NCBI RefSeq assembly: GCF_009914755.1
Contig: NC_060931.1
From: the human T2T-CHM13v2.0 reference genome, Homo sapiens
Strand: one strand, 5' to 3'
Length of the DNA: 64,000 nucleotides
Positions 1 to 12,808 of this stretch are shown here, one piece after another (position 1 is the stretch's first letter; every line of letters begins with the position of its first letter). The position numbers and the translations under genes are program-made. The notes beneath the pieces are model-generated. The model was not told where the DNA came from and did not search any database. It worked only from the letters and a program-made list of their open reading frames with translations.

Positions 1-489
1 AGATCAAAATTTTAAGTGAGGGGATTTGGAGGTAAAAATAAATTGACAAATAAGCTAATTTCTATATGGTCTATTTAAAATGTAAATAATAAAATTGTCT
101 CTTTCCCTTTATTAAAAAATATTCTCCAGATGGTTATATATATTACTACAGTTTTAAGTGTGAGGCCCCAGCTTAACAGACCCAGAACAAAACAACAAAA
201 TACAATTTTTAATCCCTTTTTAAAAAGGAAAATTATTTTCTGTTTTGAATCATCAAACACATGTTTTCCTTTATCTTCATTAATAAATTATATCCTATGA
301 TTTCTTCTGGTGTAAAGTTCTGTTATTCCTGTTTCTTCTAAAATATTGAATTTGGATGCAAATTTATTTTGTTCAGTGTTTAGTATGATTAATATAATTT
401 AAAGTTGACATTCCAAATCAGTGGCAATAATTAATTACATTTTTTGAAAATGTAAGTTAGGTACAAAAATATACTTTATAATGCTCAAA

Positions 490-1000
490 AGTAAATGTAA
501 AACAGGTAATAAAATAATTAGTTGAAAATTTAGAAGGATATTGATATAATGAGTAGGAAAGGTTTTGTCGAGCCCAATTCCAAAGGCAAAAGCATCAGTA
601 AGAAATACTGATTATATAACACTACATACAAATGAAAAGCTTCTCTTTATCATGCACCATGAATGACCCCGGGAAAAATATTTGTCGGCAAAAGGGTAGC
701 ATCTTTATTATATAAAGAATGAAACATATCTATAAATCAATTAAAAAGACAAAATCTCAAATAGAAGAATACACAAAAGACATGAAAGAATAATGTGAAA
801 AGAAAAAATATTCAGCTTCACTAGTAATCTAGGAAATGAATATTTAAAGAAAAACAAAATGTATATTGTGGTTATCAGATGAGAAAGCTGAAAAAGAATA
901 TTAATGTTTTAAAAATATGAAGAAATGGACATGCTTATATGCTTCCTCTCATAAGAAGCAATATTATTTAAAGAGTTATTTTGTAATAAATATCAATACC
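490..1000 (+). mobile_element. Old L1M (L1MC/L1ME-like) ORF2 3' fragment
   Basis: Degenerate A-rich L1 motifs, e.g. AAAGACATGAA and ATATTCAGCTTCACTAGTAATCTAGGAAATG; boundaries approximate. Confidence 0.55.
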
Positions 1001-1007
1001 ATAAAAT

Positions 1008-1120
1008 GTCCATTCCCCATGATGTGCTTATTTCACATTGCATGTCTGTATCAAAACATCTCATGTACCCCATAAATATATACACCTACTATGTGCCCAC
1101 AAAAATTTGAAACAAAAACT
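1008..1120 (+). mobile_element. L1MA/L1PB-type 3' terminus
   Basis: CCATGATGTGCTTATTTCACATTGCATGTCTGTATCAAAACATCTCATGTACCCCATAAATATATACACCTACTATGTGCCCACAAAAAT matches the L1MA1-3/L1PB tail. Confidence 0.85.
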
Positions 1121-1129
1121 AACCCAAAA

Positions 1130-1675
1130 TTGTCCAGAACAAGAATAACAATGTGGAGCTGTTCCAGACTAAAGGTGACTGAATAACAACAAATGTGATG
1201 TGAATCCTGAAATGGATTCTGGGGTGAGGAGGTGGGAGATGGCAGTGGGGACGTCTAAAGAACATTGACAGCACAGTTGGCTACACTGAAGTATGGAGTG
1301 TGCAACAGATAATAGCAGTATGCCCATGTTAATTCCCTGATTTTCATAATTGTGTTCACGTGGTCGTATAACACAGCATCTTTGCTTTGGGGAAAAACAC
1401 ACCAAATATTTATTCAGTGGCTAAGGGACAGATTTGTATCAACTTGCTCTCAAATGGTCGTGGGAAAGAGGGAGATGAAGAGAGAGATACAGATAGAGAT
1501 AGACAGATGGAAAAAGAGAGAGAGAGAAAGAAAGAGAGCAAGACAGAGAATTCAGAACACAAAGCAAATGGGGCACGGGGCAAAACTGACGTATCTAGGG
1601 AAAGGGAATGGAGGAGCTCCTTGCATGGTTCCTGCAACTTTTCTATAAGTTTGAAACTGTCAAAATTGAAAGTTA
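1130..1675 (+). mobile_element. L1MC/L1ME 3' UTR fragment with internal GA-rich low-complexity tract
   Basis: GTTCCAGACTAAAGGTGACTGAA...ATGTGATGTGAATCCTGAAATGGATTCTGG and end motif CTTGCATGGTTCCTGCAACTTTTCTATAAGTTTGAAA. Confidence 0.6.
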
Positions 1676-2164
1676 GCCAAAGCTATACATGTTTAAAAAG
1701 TATATATAGTAATTTCACTTTAGGAATTTCGCTGAAGAAAATAATCATGGATTTGCGACAAGGATATTTATTTATCATAGTGTTACTCATAGTAGCAACA
1801 AGTGGAAACTAATTCACTAGAAGTTTATATTTTATACCATGAAATTTAGTGTGGTCATTAAAACCCAGCTAGAGAAATGTTTATTGGCATTTGAAAATAC
1901 CTGTGAAATCATGCAAATTTAAAAACAGAAGACATTTTAAAAGTAAGTACAATAGGTTTTCTTTTAAAATGAACATTTATGGACATTAGTAGGCATATAA
2001 ATTGCATACAAATGATTGATTTATAGTAAGGTCTTTTTTGGGGGGGATCTGTAATTCTTTCTGAAAAGTAGATCTAACAGTTAATGACAGAGATAAAAAA
2101 GGAGATGTCACTGAGACAGCTGCCCAGGATTTCCTTCATTTTGGGGGGTGTTTTGTTATTTGTC

Positions 2165-2410
2165 ACTTTATGTGGGCGCTAGGAATTTTTGCTTTCCTGG
2201 GCCCCTTCCTCCACAAAGAAACATATTAAAATTGTATTTTAGAGTTGCACTGAAATAAAGATGAAATATACTAAGATTACATATTAAAATACTTTCTTCC
2301 ATATAAAAGTTTATTTTTAAATTTTGATTTTAAAAGAAATTAAAACTATTTCATGAGTCCCTTAAGGTACTGTGGGCTCATAAACACTTGTGCCTATTGT
2401 GCCTAACCAA
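2165..2410. mobile_element. MER96B-like hAT DNA transposon
   Basis: GGGCCCCTTCCTCCA...TTTCATGAGTCCCTTAAGGTACTGTGGGCTC...TGTGCCTATTGTGCCTAA resembles remembered MER96B consensus. Confidence 0.6.
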
Positions 2411-2469
2411 AAGTTTGATGTTAATACACCACCTCTACTTGCTATATATGGCTCACAAAGCATCTAGGG

Positions 2470-2915
2470 TGGTGCTTCTCAAATTTTTTTTTTTTTTTTG
2501 AGATGGAGTCTCACTCTGTCATCCAGGCTGGAGTTCAATGGTGCGACCTTGGCTTACTGCAACCTCCCAAGTAGCTGGGATTACAGGTGTGCGCCACTAC
2601 ACCCAGCTAATTTTTGTATTTTTAGTAGAGACAGGGTTTCACCATGTTGGTCAGGCTAGTCTCGAACTCCTGACCTCGTGATCTGCCTGCCTCAGCCTCC
2701 CAAAGTGTTGGGATTACAGGTGTGAGCCACTGCGCCCAGCCAGTGCTTCTCAAATTTTAATGTGAGAATCAAATTTTAATTTTAATATGAAAATCAGTAG
2801 AATATTGTTAAAATGCAGATTCTGATTCATATGCAAGAAATGAGACATTCTGCATCTCTGACAAGCTCCTAGGTAATGCTGATGACACCTGCCTGTGGAC
2901 CACACTTGGAGTAGA
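2470..2915. mobile_element. MER5A/MER5B hAT-Charlie MITE, interrupted by an Alu
   Basis: GTGCTTCTCAAA start; TTGTTAAAATGCAGATTCTGATTC; CTGCATCTCTGACAAGCTCCTAGGTAATGCTGATG...GGACCACACTTGGAGTAG end. Confidence 0.8.
2484..2741 (-). mobile_element. AluS (AluSg-like) with a ~40-bp internal deletion
   Basis: Poly(T) followed by GAGATGGAGTCTCACTCTGTC...GTGAGCCACTGCGCCCAGCC; TSD GTGCTTCTCAAATTTT at 2472-2487 and 2743-2758. Confidence 0.97.
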
Positions 2916-3145
2916 AGGTGCTGGGAAATAATTATAATCACCATGATTCATATACCCTACATATACTCACATATTACTTTTCAGCATCTAAGCATTTTTC
3001 TAAATGCTTCTTTGTAGCCATTGGTTATAGTTTCTCAGGCATGCAAGAGTATCCTTACTGCCTGCTTCAGACATATCTATTTACCTATTAACCCATATTC
3101 ATACCTGGACCCATGCTTATATCTAAATCTGTGTCTCAAAGAAGG

Positions 3146-3499
3146 TGTATTAGTTCATTTTCATGCTGCTGATAAAGACATACCTGAGACTGGGCAATTT
3201 ACAAAAGAAAGAGGTTTAGTGGACTTACAGTTCCATGTGGCTGGAGAGGCCTCACAATCGTGGTGGAAGGCAAGGAGGAGCAAGTCACATCTTACATGGA
3301 TGGCATCCGGCAATGAGAGAGTTTGTTCAGGGAAACTCCCTCTTACAAAACCATCATATCTTGTGAGACTTATTCACTATCACAAGAACAGCATGGGAAA
3401 GACCCATCCCAATGATTCAATCATCTCCTACCAGGTCCCTCCCACAACATGTGGGAATTCAAGATGAGATTTGGGTGTGGATGCAGCCAAACCAGATTA
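3146..3499 (-). mobile_element. THE1 (THE1C/D-like) solo LTR, ERVL-MaLR
   Basis: TGTATTAGTTCATTTTCATGCTGCTGATAAAGACATACCTGAGACTGGG ... GAGATTTGGGTGTGGATGCAGCCAAACCAGATTA; near-TSD GAAGG/GAAGT. Confidence 0.93.
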
Positions 3500-3910
3500 G
3501 AAGTCATGCCAAAATATTAACAGAGATCATTTATTTGTAGTGGAAATATGAATATCTAATGCTTATTTATACTTCACTGTTTACTAATTTCTCTACACTG
3601 AGCATGCATCAATTTTCTAAACAAAATATTGCATATTATAAATACTTAGAAATATTTACTACAAATATGTCCATGAAAATAAACAAAATAAGATGGTTAA
3701 GGTATGACGAAAAGGTGCTATTTTGATGATCTAGGTTGGAAAATGCTGAGAAAATAAACCTGGCTATTACAAAAGTGAAACAATATTTTAATTTAAAAGT
3801 ATTTATAGTACAACTAACAGTATTTTGCTTATTACTGCAATGAAAGCAAATTAGGTTTTAAGAGCATATTATTTCAGCAGACAATGTGATTCTGAAGATT
3901 ATATGGTTTA

Positions 3911-4089
3911 AGCCTTCTGTGGTGGTGCACGCCTGTGATCCACCTACTTCAGAGGCTGAGGTGGGAGAATGACTTGAGCTCAGGACTTTTGAGGCTGCAG
4001 TGAGCTACGCTTGGCTACTGCACTCCAGCCTGGGTGACCGAGGGAGACTCTGTCTAAAAAAAAGAAAAAAAAAAAGAAAAATAGAAAAA
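3911..4089 (+). mobile_element. Alu right-arm monomer (FRAM/AluJ)
   Basis: GAGGCTGAGGTGGGAGAATGACTTGAGCTCAGGA...GAGGCTGCAGTGAGCTA...CACTCCAGCCTGGGTGAC plus A-rich tail. Confidence 0.9.
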
Positions 4090-5904
4090 GATTCTATTAA
4101 CTTTTCACTTATTTTGACCAATATTTAGTATGTAATTGCTACATCTTGTTTTCTAGTGAATGAATGAATAAGTACATTTAAAAAGCTTATTTGCTTTAGT
4201 ATCCTTGGCAATGGTCAACATAATAAATAACAAGCAGATTCATTAAAATGGTTGAAAATTCAGGGTTTATTACATAGGTTTTTATTGTGACTTGAAAGAC
4301 AGTAACAGTGCTATTCATTCCAACTTAAATATCGTTGGTGCTTAGACTTCTAAAAATTTGTCTTTGGGGATCTATGACATTGGCCAAAAGTTTATTTTTA
4401 CATTTTTTAAAAGTTAAAACATTGCTTGTGAACTATTTTTAGTTTATCTGAGTAACATAAAGTAGTATTACTTCACTTTTTCCATGAAATCTTAGTGAAC
4501 ATTTTTATCACCTCAACTTATTACGGAGTGGTGTTTTTTCCTCCATCAATTCATATCTTAACTTATAGCATGTGAATTTTTTCTTAGTCTTTATCTGATC
4601 ATCTATCAGACTTTGTTAGTTATAAATGCTAGCTTAAATCCAAATAATTTGAAGAGAAAAGAAAATAAAAATCCATAATTTCAGGTTAGGCAAATATATT
4701 TTGCTTGGCAGTCAAGATTGAATATAACTGAATAATATAGTATGTCATCATAGTATAACAAATACAGTATATATATATATATAGTATAACATCTTTGAAG
4801 TTTTAATGTTCTCTTTGTGCTATACCTTTAAAAAATTTATTTATAACCAGTATATGACATATAAACAATGGTAAGCTTTCAAAGTTTCAATTCATTACAG
4901 GTATTAAATGTACCCATAATTATACCTTTCTCCATTCACTTGAGGTGACCTGTTATTTGGCACTTTTTGGATGGAAATATTCTCATTCAATTCATGAAAT
5001 GTTTTCAACTATATTAATGCTAGTATGTAGTAACTGCCTTATCCAGACATATAATTCTTAAAGAAATACTGGAATGGAACACCATGAAAATTAATATTCT
5101 GTGTTTCCCCTGCAGACCCTTAGAAAAAGGAATTTTATATGATTTTTGCAGAAATCTGATATAAGCCTGTGTAACTTAAGGATCACATTCACGTTATTTC
5201 CCATAATTACTTAGCACCAAGCCAACACCCTGTATACAATGCCATATTTATTTTAGGTGAACTATAGTTTTGAGGTTTTGTAATTTCTTTGCGTAATGTG
5301 TGTATTTAGAAAATATATACATACGGTTGACAGACGTTATAACTATTCCTGCTGTACAATATAGCCATTGAACCTTTGTCTTTGAGTCATATAAACATAA
5401 TCTTATGAACTGTTTTAAACTTCAGGAAATAGATTACTTTATCCAGTATTTCAAATTTTAAATTTTTTATGGCCACATGTACATATACAATATTTATATA
5501 TGTGAAAGGGATTCATAATTACTTATGTAAGTCTGTCTCAGTTAATTTATTCATGTATTTCTCCTGAAAGTTTCCATGACTGTTCTTTTAGCAGTGAGAA
5601 GTATGATGTCATGGAGAGCCAGTGACCTGACTACTAAGAATAAAATTACTTTTATAAAATTAAATCATTTAGAGATACAGTGATATTTCCAATGATATAA
5701 AATTTGAAATATAAAAATGCGTGAAGCATCTATATGAGTTATGAAACATAATAGAAAAAGATCCCCATGATTCTACCACCCAATTTAAGATCTAGAATAT
5801 TACTGAGAGTATTTCATCTACTTATGTGTTCTCATTTATTTCCCCCCCTCGAGAAGAAATAACTATACTGAATTTTGGGTTTGTATTTCTAATTCTTTTT
5901 AAAC

Positions 5905-6215
5905 ATTAATTATTGATTAATTTATTTATATATACTTTTTAGAGATAGGGTCTTGTTCTGTCACCCAGGCTGGAGTGAAGTTGTGAGATCCTAGCTCACC
6001 ACAGCCTCCAACTCCTAGGCTCAAGTCATTCTCTCACCTCAGCTTCCTTAGTAGCTAGGACTACAGGTGTATGCACACCACTTCACTCGCCTAATTTTTA
6101 TTTTTATTTTTATTTTTGTAGATATGGGGTCCTACTGTGTTAGACTTTTTTTTTGTAGATATAGGGTCTTACTGTGTTAAATATTTTTTTGTAGATATGG
6201 GGTCTTACTGTGTTA
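5905..6215 (-). mobile_element. Truncated AluJ with a triplicated junction segment
   Basis: AGAGATAGGGTCTTGTTCTGTCACCCAGGCTGGAGTG...AGCTCACCACAGCCTCCAACTCCTAGGCTCAAG (AluJ diagnostics); left arm mostly absent. Confidence 0.9.
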
Positions 6216-6274
6216 CCGTGTTACTTACGTTTAGGCTGATTACTTACGTTCATTGGTTTTCAATGATGTATATA

Positions 6275-6490
6275 GCAGGGGTTAGCAATCTATGTCCCAC
6301 TGACCTATGGCCAAATCTGACCTATGTACTAAATCCAAACAACCATATGTTTTTGTAAGCCCCATGAGATAAGAATTATTTCTATATTGTTAGTGTTGTA
6401 AAAAACATGTGAGACTGTATGTGACCCACAAAGCTTAAGCTATTTAATATCTGACCCTTTATAGAAAAAAGTTTGCCAAACCCTACTATA
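6275..6490. mobile_element. MER58B-like hAT-Charlie element
   Basis: Termini CAGGGGTTAGCAA and TCTGACCCTTTATAGAAAAAAGTTTGCCAAACCCT. Confidence 0.75.
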
Positions 6491-7094
6491 AAATATTCTG
6501 CTGTGTGAATACATTACACATTGGCCCATAATTGAGAGTTCATATGTAATTGATTTTAATCTACAGAATATTATGGGGTCTATAAGTAGGATGTTTTTCT
6601 CCAGAGAGCTTGTAATTTTGTTACTCCTCGGAACCAAAAGGAGCTGCATTCCTAGAAGCAATATAATCCTTTCATGGCTTAATTCAGTGCCTCAGTTTTA
6701 GTCCCCCTCTCTTCCATGATAGCTCTTGATGCTGATATTAACATTCACCCTCTGTGTAAACTCGCCTTCAGTGCATGTGTATTGTTCACCATTTGAGTTT
6801 CAGTTTACGTGATGATGGTGGTCATGGCGCTGGGAACATCAGGCTTTTCTTTATTACCCATAAGCTCAGGCATACCACGTATGTTATATTTTATGCAAGG
6901 TCTGATTATTCCATAATGGGAAGAAGACCTGTCAGGATATCTAGCGTGTCTTATTATTTGAAACATAGCCGCCAAAAATTGCTTCATTTATTAGAAACTA
7001 GTAATTTAAAACCTGTGTCATAAAACTGTAAAGCACTAAAAAAGTCCTTCTAAATTCTAAAAGGCTATACATAGGTGTTTTAAAAGTTATTTTC

Positions 7095-7272
7095 AGATTC
7101 AGCTATGAGAACAAAACACCATAGACAGGGTTAGCTTAAACAGAATAAATTAGTTTTTTCACAGTTCTGGAGGCTGGGGAGTTCAAGACCACTGTGCTGG
7201 AATGGTTGGTTTCTGGTGAGGGCTCCCTTCTTGGCTAGTACATGGCTGCCTTCTCATGGGGTCCTCACATAG
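7095..7272 (-). mobile_element. MLT1A/B LTR fragment
   Basis: CACAGTTCTGGAGGCTGGGGAGTTCAAGA...GGTTTCTGGTGAGGGCTCCCTTCTTGGCT...GGCTGCCTTCTC. Confidence 0.8.
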
Positions 7273-7400
7273 ACTTCAGTTTGCTCATATGTAAAATTAG
7301 GATCTTGGATAACGTGATCCAAACCCCAAAATACTGAATATAAGTCTTAATGTAGAGACTTGCACAAGAGAAAGCCAAAAGTGATTTTTTTTCTTTGTCA

Positions 7401-7439
7401 AGTTATATACATATATAACTTTTGGCATATATATGTGTG

Positions 7440-7478
<39 letters not shown>

Positions 7479-7551
7479 AATAGTTCCAGGTGATTCAGAT
7501 ATATATATATATATTTCTGGCATATATATACATATATACATATGCCAGAAA
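7401..7551. repeat. Compound (TA)n/(TG)n microsatellite
   Basis: TG run ~7448-7475 flanked by TA runs. Confidence 0.95.
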
Positions 7552-8039
7552 GAAAGTGATAATCAAAGGTTGTTTGATAAAACTTAATGAGATACTTGAT
7601 GAAAAGGTTCTCCCAATTATTCTCTTGAACCAAATAAAGTCTCGCTTAAAATTACTTCAGTTTTATTCTGGGAATAGTAAATTGGCTTATGCACACTATG
7701 GAATAATACTACATTACTATTGACTATTCTTGATAAGAGAACAGGAATGATAAGAGAATAACATTCTTCCTCAAGTCACTGAAAAAAATATGCTGAAAAT
7801 TCTATCTTTGTGCTAGATTGTAAACTTCAGGTGGACACATGCCTTGCTAACTAAAGTATCTGAACTCATTAAATATTGGTAATAGGTGTGTTCAAATTAA
7901 CAATTGTATCTTGTCTAATTTTACATTTATTTCTTTCCAGTGGAGTTGCTGTTCAAAAGGGAAGTTGCTAGAAAGATACCAGTTGAAGGAATAAGAGAAA
8001 GGAACTAAATCCTTGGGTAAGCCCCCAATTGGATAATAA

Positions 8040-8688
<649 letters not shown>

Positions 8689-10779
8689 AGTCTTTTTAGT
8701 CCTTTGTAATCCAAATAATGTGCTTGGAATAATCTAGGTCATGGAAAACTAAGCCAATTTATTATGATTGGCATGAAGGCTTAAATCAGCAGGCCACATT
8801 ACAACATTTTAAGAAAGTCACTCAGAACCTGCTTTTGCATTTATTATAAGGATGTTGGTATCACATGGTATACATTGATTGGCTACTTTTCTATCTTAGC
8901 TCATTGTTCACTATATAGATTGGTTCTTTTTGTACATGAAAACATAGGAGAGAAATTCCATCATATGGAATTTCAATAAAATTGAAATTGAAAAATATTG
9001 CAAAATATTTTTGAAACATAATGCATCATTGCGTTATGAAATTCAATTTCAATGCTTCAATGATGCATTATGCCTATTTTTAGTTTTTTGGATTGTGTTT
9101 TAAGAAACTAACCATGTTTTCGGGATTGATTTCTAGGAAACTCAGAGACAAATTTGCACCCAATGTCTAATAGAGTATATGAGAAATTATATTGGGCATT
9201 TGTGTACTAATTTCATACTTGGCTTCATCTTATATCATTTACCCTAATTTTTCTTACCTATCTCGTCAATTTCCTGTTATTTTTATATATTTTTTCATAT
9301 CTTTATAGTTTTTTTTTAATTTGGAAAATAGTAAGGGTAATGATTATGTGGCTAGTTAAGTGGCTAGTAAGTGGCTAGTTAAGTAATGAACAGATAATTC
9401 CAAAATTAGTAAAATGACTTTTAAATAAATTCATGTGGTATAACAAAGTAGATTTGGGGAATCTGTTGTATGCTTCCTAGAGTGTTACACTTATTATTCG
9501 GTTATATTCGCATGTATTTTTTAACAGTCATTTTTATTGTATATCATTGTTAACTGAAGTTTACCATGAAGTTCACAGAACATAAGCTATGATTGTTTAA
9601 ATATTAGGTCACAGCCCACCAAGTCCAGGAGTTTTTCCTTTGCAAGGAAAATGGGAGAGTCTTCATAAATCTAAGTGATACTGCTTCCTGTTATATATCA
9701 GGAATGTCATATTTATTATTGTATGGAGGACTACAAAAAGGGGGGAGCACTATTTATTTATGGTAGATTATTTTTACTTGTTTAAGTATACCATCTTTAA
9801 TTAGCTGAAGGAAAAATTGCCAAAACAAATGAGGAAGGGGATTGTTTTTTGTTGTTGTCATTAAAGGTCTTGTGCTCACCACAGTGTCAGTGAAATATTC
9901 CCTATATAGTTCTGCAGTCTTGTTGATTCTTTTAAATAAACATTGAGTCAAGCAGAGGGAAATCATTTCCATATTTCATGTGGAAAATACGTATGTTTTC
10001 TATTTAAAATTTTGGGACTTTTTTGTTTTAATTGAGATTAATTTACTAGCATGTTCATGTTTCTCTACATTGTAATTTGTTTTTAATTACACATGAATGC
10101 CATATGTAGTTCATTGACACTCCTTATTAATTCTTGGAGTAAATTTACACACCACTCATGTCATTTGTATCATGGGGTGTGTGTTCCTTGTTAAGTGATT
10201 CCTTTCTGATATCTAAATAATTAGCTAATTAAGGGCATGATCCTAGGGTTCTTATGCAAGGATAACACCCACTGGCTTAAAGACAGCATGATTTGCTTTT
10301 ATTGTGGATCACAGTGCTGACTATCCTCATCAGGTTGTTTTTCCTAATTAATGTAGTATTCATATTTGCAAATGTTCACCTGTTAAAATAAGCTTGTTAA
10401 ACACGCTTGTTGATTTCTGTATTGTAAAGCTCAATGATGGCAGATGCTAGAGTATCTCAGTGGATTCCATTTGGGTCCACTGATATGTAGTTATCACTAC
10501 ATCCACAATCCTGGCAAATATCTGTAATTGACCACAGGAGTTGCTGTGTTAAAGAGTAGAATTAGATCAGACCAAACAACCCAGCCCAGAGAAACTAACC
10601 CTGCTACTACTCATAAGAATTATAGTAGCTTATACTTTTTTAGCAGTTACCATTTCCCAGACACTGTTACATAACTAACTCTGTTAATCATCACAAAAAC
10701 ATTCTGCAATTTGTAAATATCCTAATAATAGTGGAATCATTTGGCAGCATTTCTCTGAGCAATCAGCCCCTTATAGGAA

Positions 10780-11230
10780 AACCACAGGTGATTCTCTTAA
10801 TTTCTAAATTAACACCCAATGCATTGCCAAGGCATTCCAGTACCTTCACAGTTTGATGTTGACCCACCTGTATGATTTGTAGCTACAACTTTTAACCTTT
10901 CCCCAACCCCTCACTCTTGTCCTTCAAGTCTATATCCGACTACATGGTGTTCACTGACTATATCGTGGGCTATCTACCCATCTCTTTGACTTGGATTTTG
11001 CTTCTGCTCTTATATCTACCTGTCTAACATTCCTCCTCCTCTTTTTATCATTATATAGTGAAATGCTACTACCTTTACATCTAAAACATCATCACCTCCT
11101 GAATGAAGACCTTCCTGAATATAAGCATTAGTAAAAGTCTTCATGCTCTGCTTCTCTTGCCGTGGTTTTTTAAAGTACAATATTTGATGCATTGTTTTAT
11201 GCATGCACACACTTTCAAGATTATTTAGAA
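10780..11230 (+). mobile_element. L2 3' fragment (degenerate)
   Basis: Pyrimidine-rich L2-type motifs, e.g. CATCACCTCCTGAATGAAGACCTTCCTGA. Confidence 0.5.
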
Positions 11231-11254
11231 ATATTAGTTTTTTTTCTTCTCTCC

Positions 11255-11640
11255 TCATATGATTTGGCTGTGTCCCCACCGAAAATCTCACCTTGAATTG
11301 TAATCCCCGTAATCCCTACATGTCAAGGAAGAGACCAGGTGGAGGTAACTGAATCATGGGGGCGGTTTTCCCCATGCTGTCCTTGTGATAGTGAGTGAGT
11401 TCCCACGAGATCTGAGATCTGATTATTTTATAAGTGTTTGGTAGTTCCTCCTGCATTCTTCATTCTCTCTCCTGTGCCTTGTGAAGAAGGTGCCTTCCTC
11501 CCTTTCATCTTGGGCCATGAATGTAAGTTTCCTGAGGACTCCCCAGCCATGCAGAACTATGAGTCAATTAAATTTCTTTCCTTTATAAATTACCCAGTCT
11601 TGGGTATTTCTTTATAACAGTGTGAAAATGGACTAATATA
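11255..11640 (+). mobile_element. THE1D-like solo LTR
   Basis: ATATGATTTGGCTGTGTCCCCACC...TTTATAAATTACCCAGTCTTGGGTATTTCTTTATAACAGTGTGAAAATGGACTAATATA; near-TSD TCTCC/TCTTC. Confidence 0.93.
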
Positions 11641-11931
11641 TCTTCTATTTCTCAGAACAATTTTATTCCATCTCTTCCTGTGCATCTTTGATCTCAGTAT
11701 ATTCATTATCACTGATGATGCTTTTTATACCATCCAGCTCACTTTCTAGATTACATAATTTTCACTCCTGTCTAAATTGTTTGTGATTCAGCACTTTTTG
11801 ATCCTTTATATGATGCTGTTGCTGAAATATTTTATCCTAGAAGTTCCAATTTAATTAATGTTAGGAGAGATTGCTTTTTTATTTATCATGTAGGTTCTAT
11901 ATTCATGATCACAACATCCTAACACTTAATG

Positions 11932-12050
11932 TTTTAATTTATTTATTTGTTTACCTGACAAATAAAAATTGTATGTATTTGTGGTGTATAAAATTATGTT
12001 TTGATATAAGTATACATTGTGGAATGGCTAAATCAAGCTAAGTAATGCCT
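11932..12050 (-). mobile_element. L1MA 3' end fragment
   Basis: AAAAATTGTATGTATTTGTGGTGTA...TTTGATATAAGTATACATTGTGGAATGGCTAAATCAAGCTA. Confidence 0.8.
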
Positions 12051-12564
12051 TATACTATATCATATGCGTTATATTATATCATTACATTTTATTTAGCTTA
12101 TTCAAGTACTTATACTTATCTTTGAAACATTTATTTATTTACATGAATGACTGATTGTGAGATTAGGAATTCTTTGAGGACAAATTCCACCACACCGCCC
12201 CCCGACCACTGCCACACACAGACGAATTGCCTCTCTCCACACTCACATATACACATACAAATACATGCTTCTACTTAGCCTAGCATTGCCCTTAAAGAGA
12301 CTCCAGGGCCATTATGGATTAGCAGAGTCATTGTCTTCCATATGGAAAATATATTTTACCTATACTTTAAAAATGATTTTATGTCTTTTATCTTTTATCT
12401 TCTAATTTCACTTAATTTTACTTATAAGCATTTATTAAGTAGTACGTTAATAGTAATGTGTTATTCTGCTTTTAGATAACAGCCATTCCTCAATACAATG
12501 TAACTTTCTTAAACATTGGGTCCTTGTCTTTTATATCATTTATTTATTTTGTGTTCCCTGCATA

Positions 12565-12808
12565 CCACAGTGGCTAAAGAGTACCTTTGGAGCCAGACTG
12601 TCTGGCTTCAAATCTCAACTCTGCTGGTACCTAACTGTTGCCTTGGGCAAGTTATTTAACCTCTGTAGGCTTTATATGACATCTGTAAAATGAAGAAAAT
12701 AACCATATATACTTCACAGAGTTATTGTGAGGCTTGCATGATAAGACATGCGCAGCAGTTAGAACAGTGCCTGGCACAGAGCAAGCCCTTGATAAATGGC
12801 AGTTGTCT
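12565..12808 (+). mobile_element. MIR (near full length)
   Basis: TGGAGCCAGACTG...TTCAAATC...CCTTGGGCAAGTTATTTAACCTCTG...ATCTGTAAAATG...AGAACAGTGCCTGGCACA. Confidence 0.9.

Noticed and set aside
1352-1812. Overlapping 98-aa and 141-aa ORFs rich in R/E/K
   Set aside because: They arise from a GA-rich low-complexity tract in an L1 3' UTR, use non-ATG starts and show no recognisable domain.
3021-3467. 148-aa ORF, the longest in the window
   Set aside because: It is mostly a translation of the antisense THE1 LTR, with a TTG start.
6114-6215. Three 29-bp repeats as a CRISPR-like array
   Set aside because: The repeats are Alu-derived, the spacers are only 7-8 bp, there are no cas genes, and the context is eukaryotic.
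9348-9384. Short tandem duplications (GTGGCTAGTTAA x3; also 42917-42940, 46891-46928, 52926-52974)
   Set aside because: Ordinary slippage-type micro-duplications at the expected frequency.
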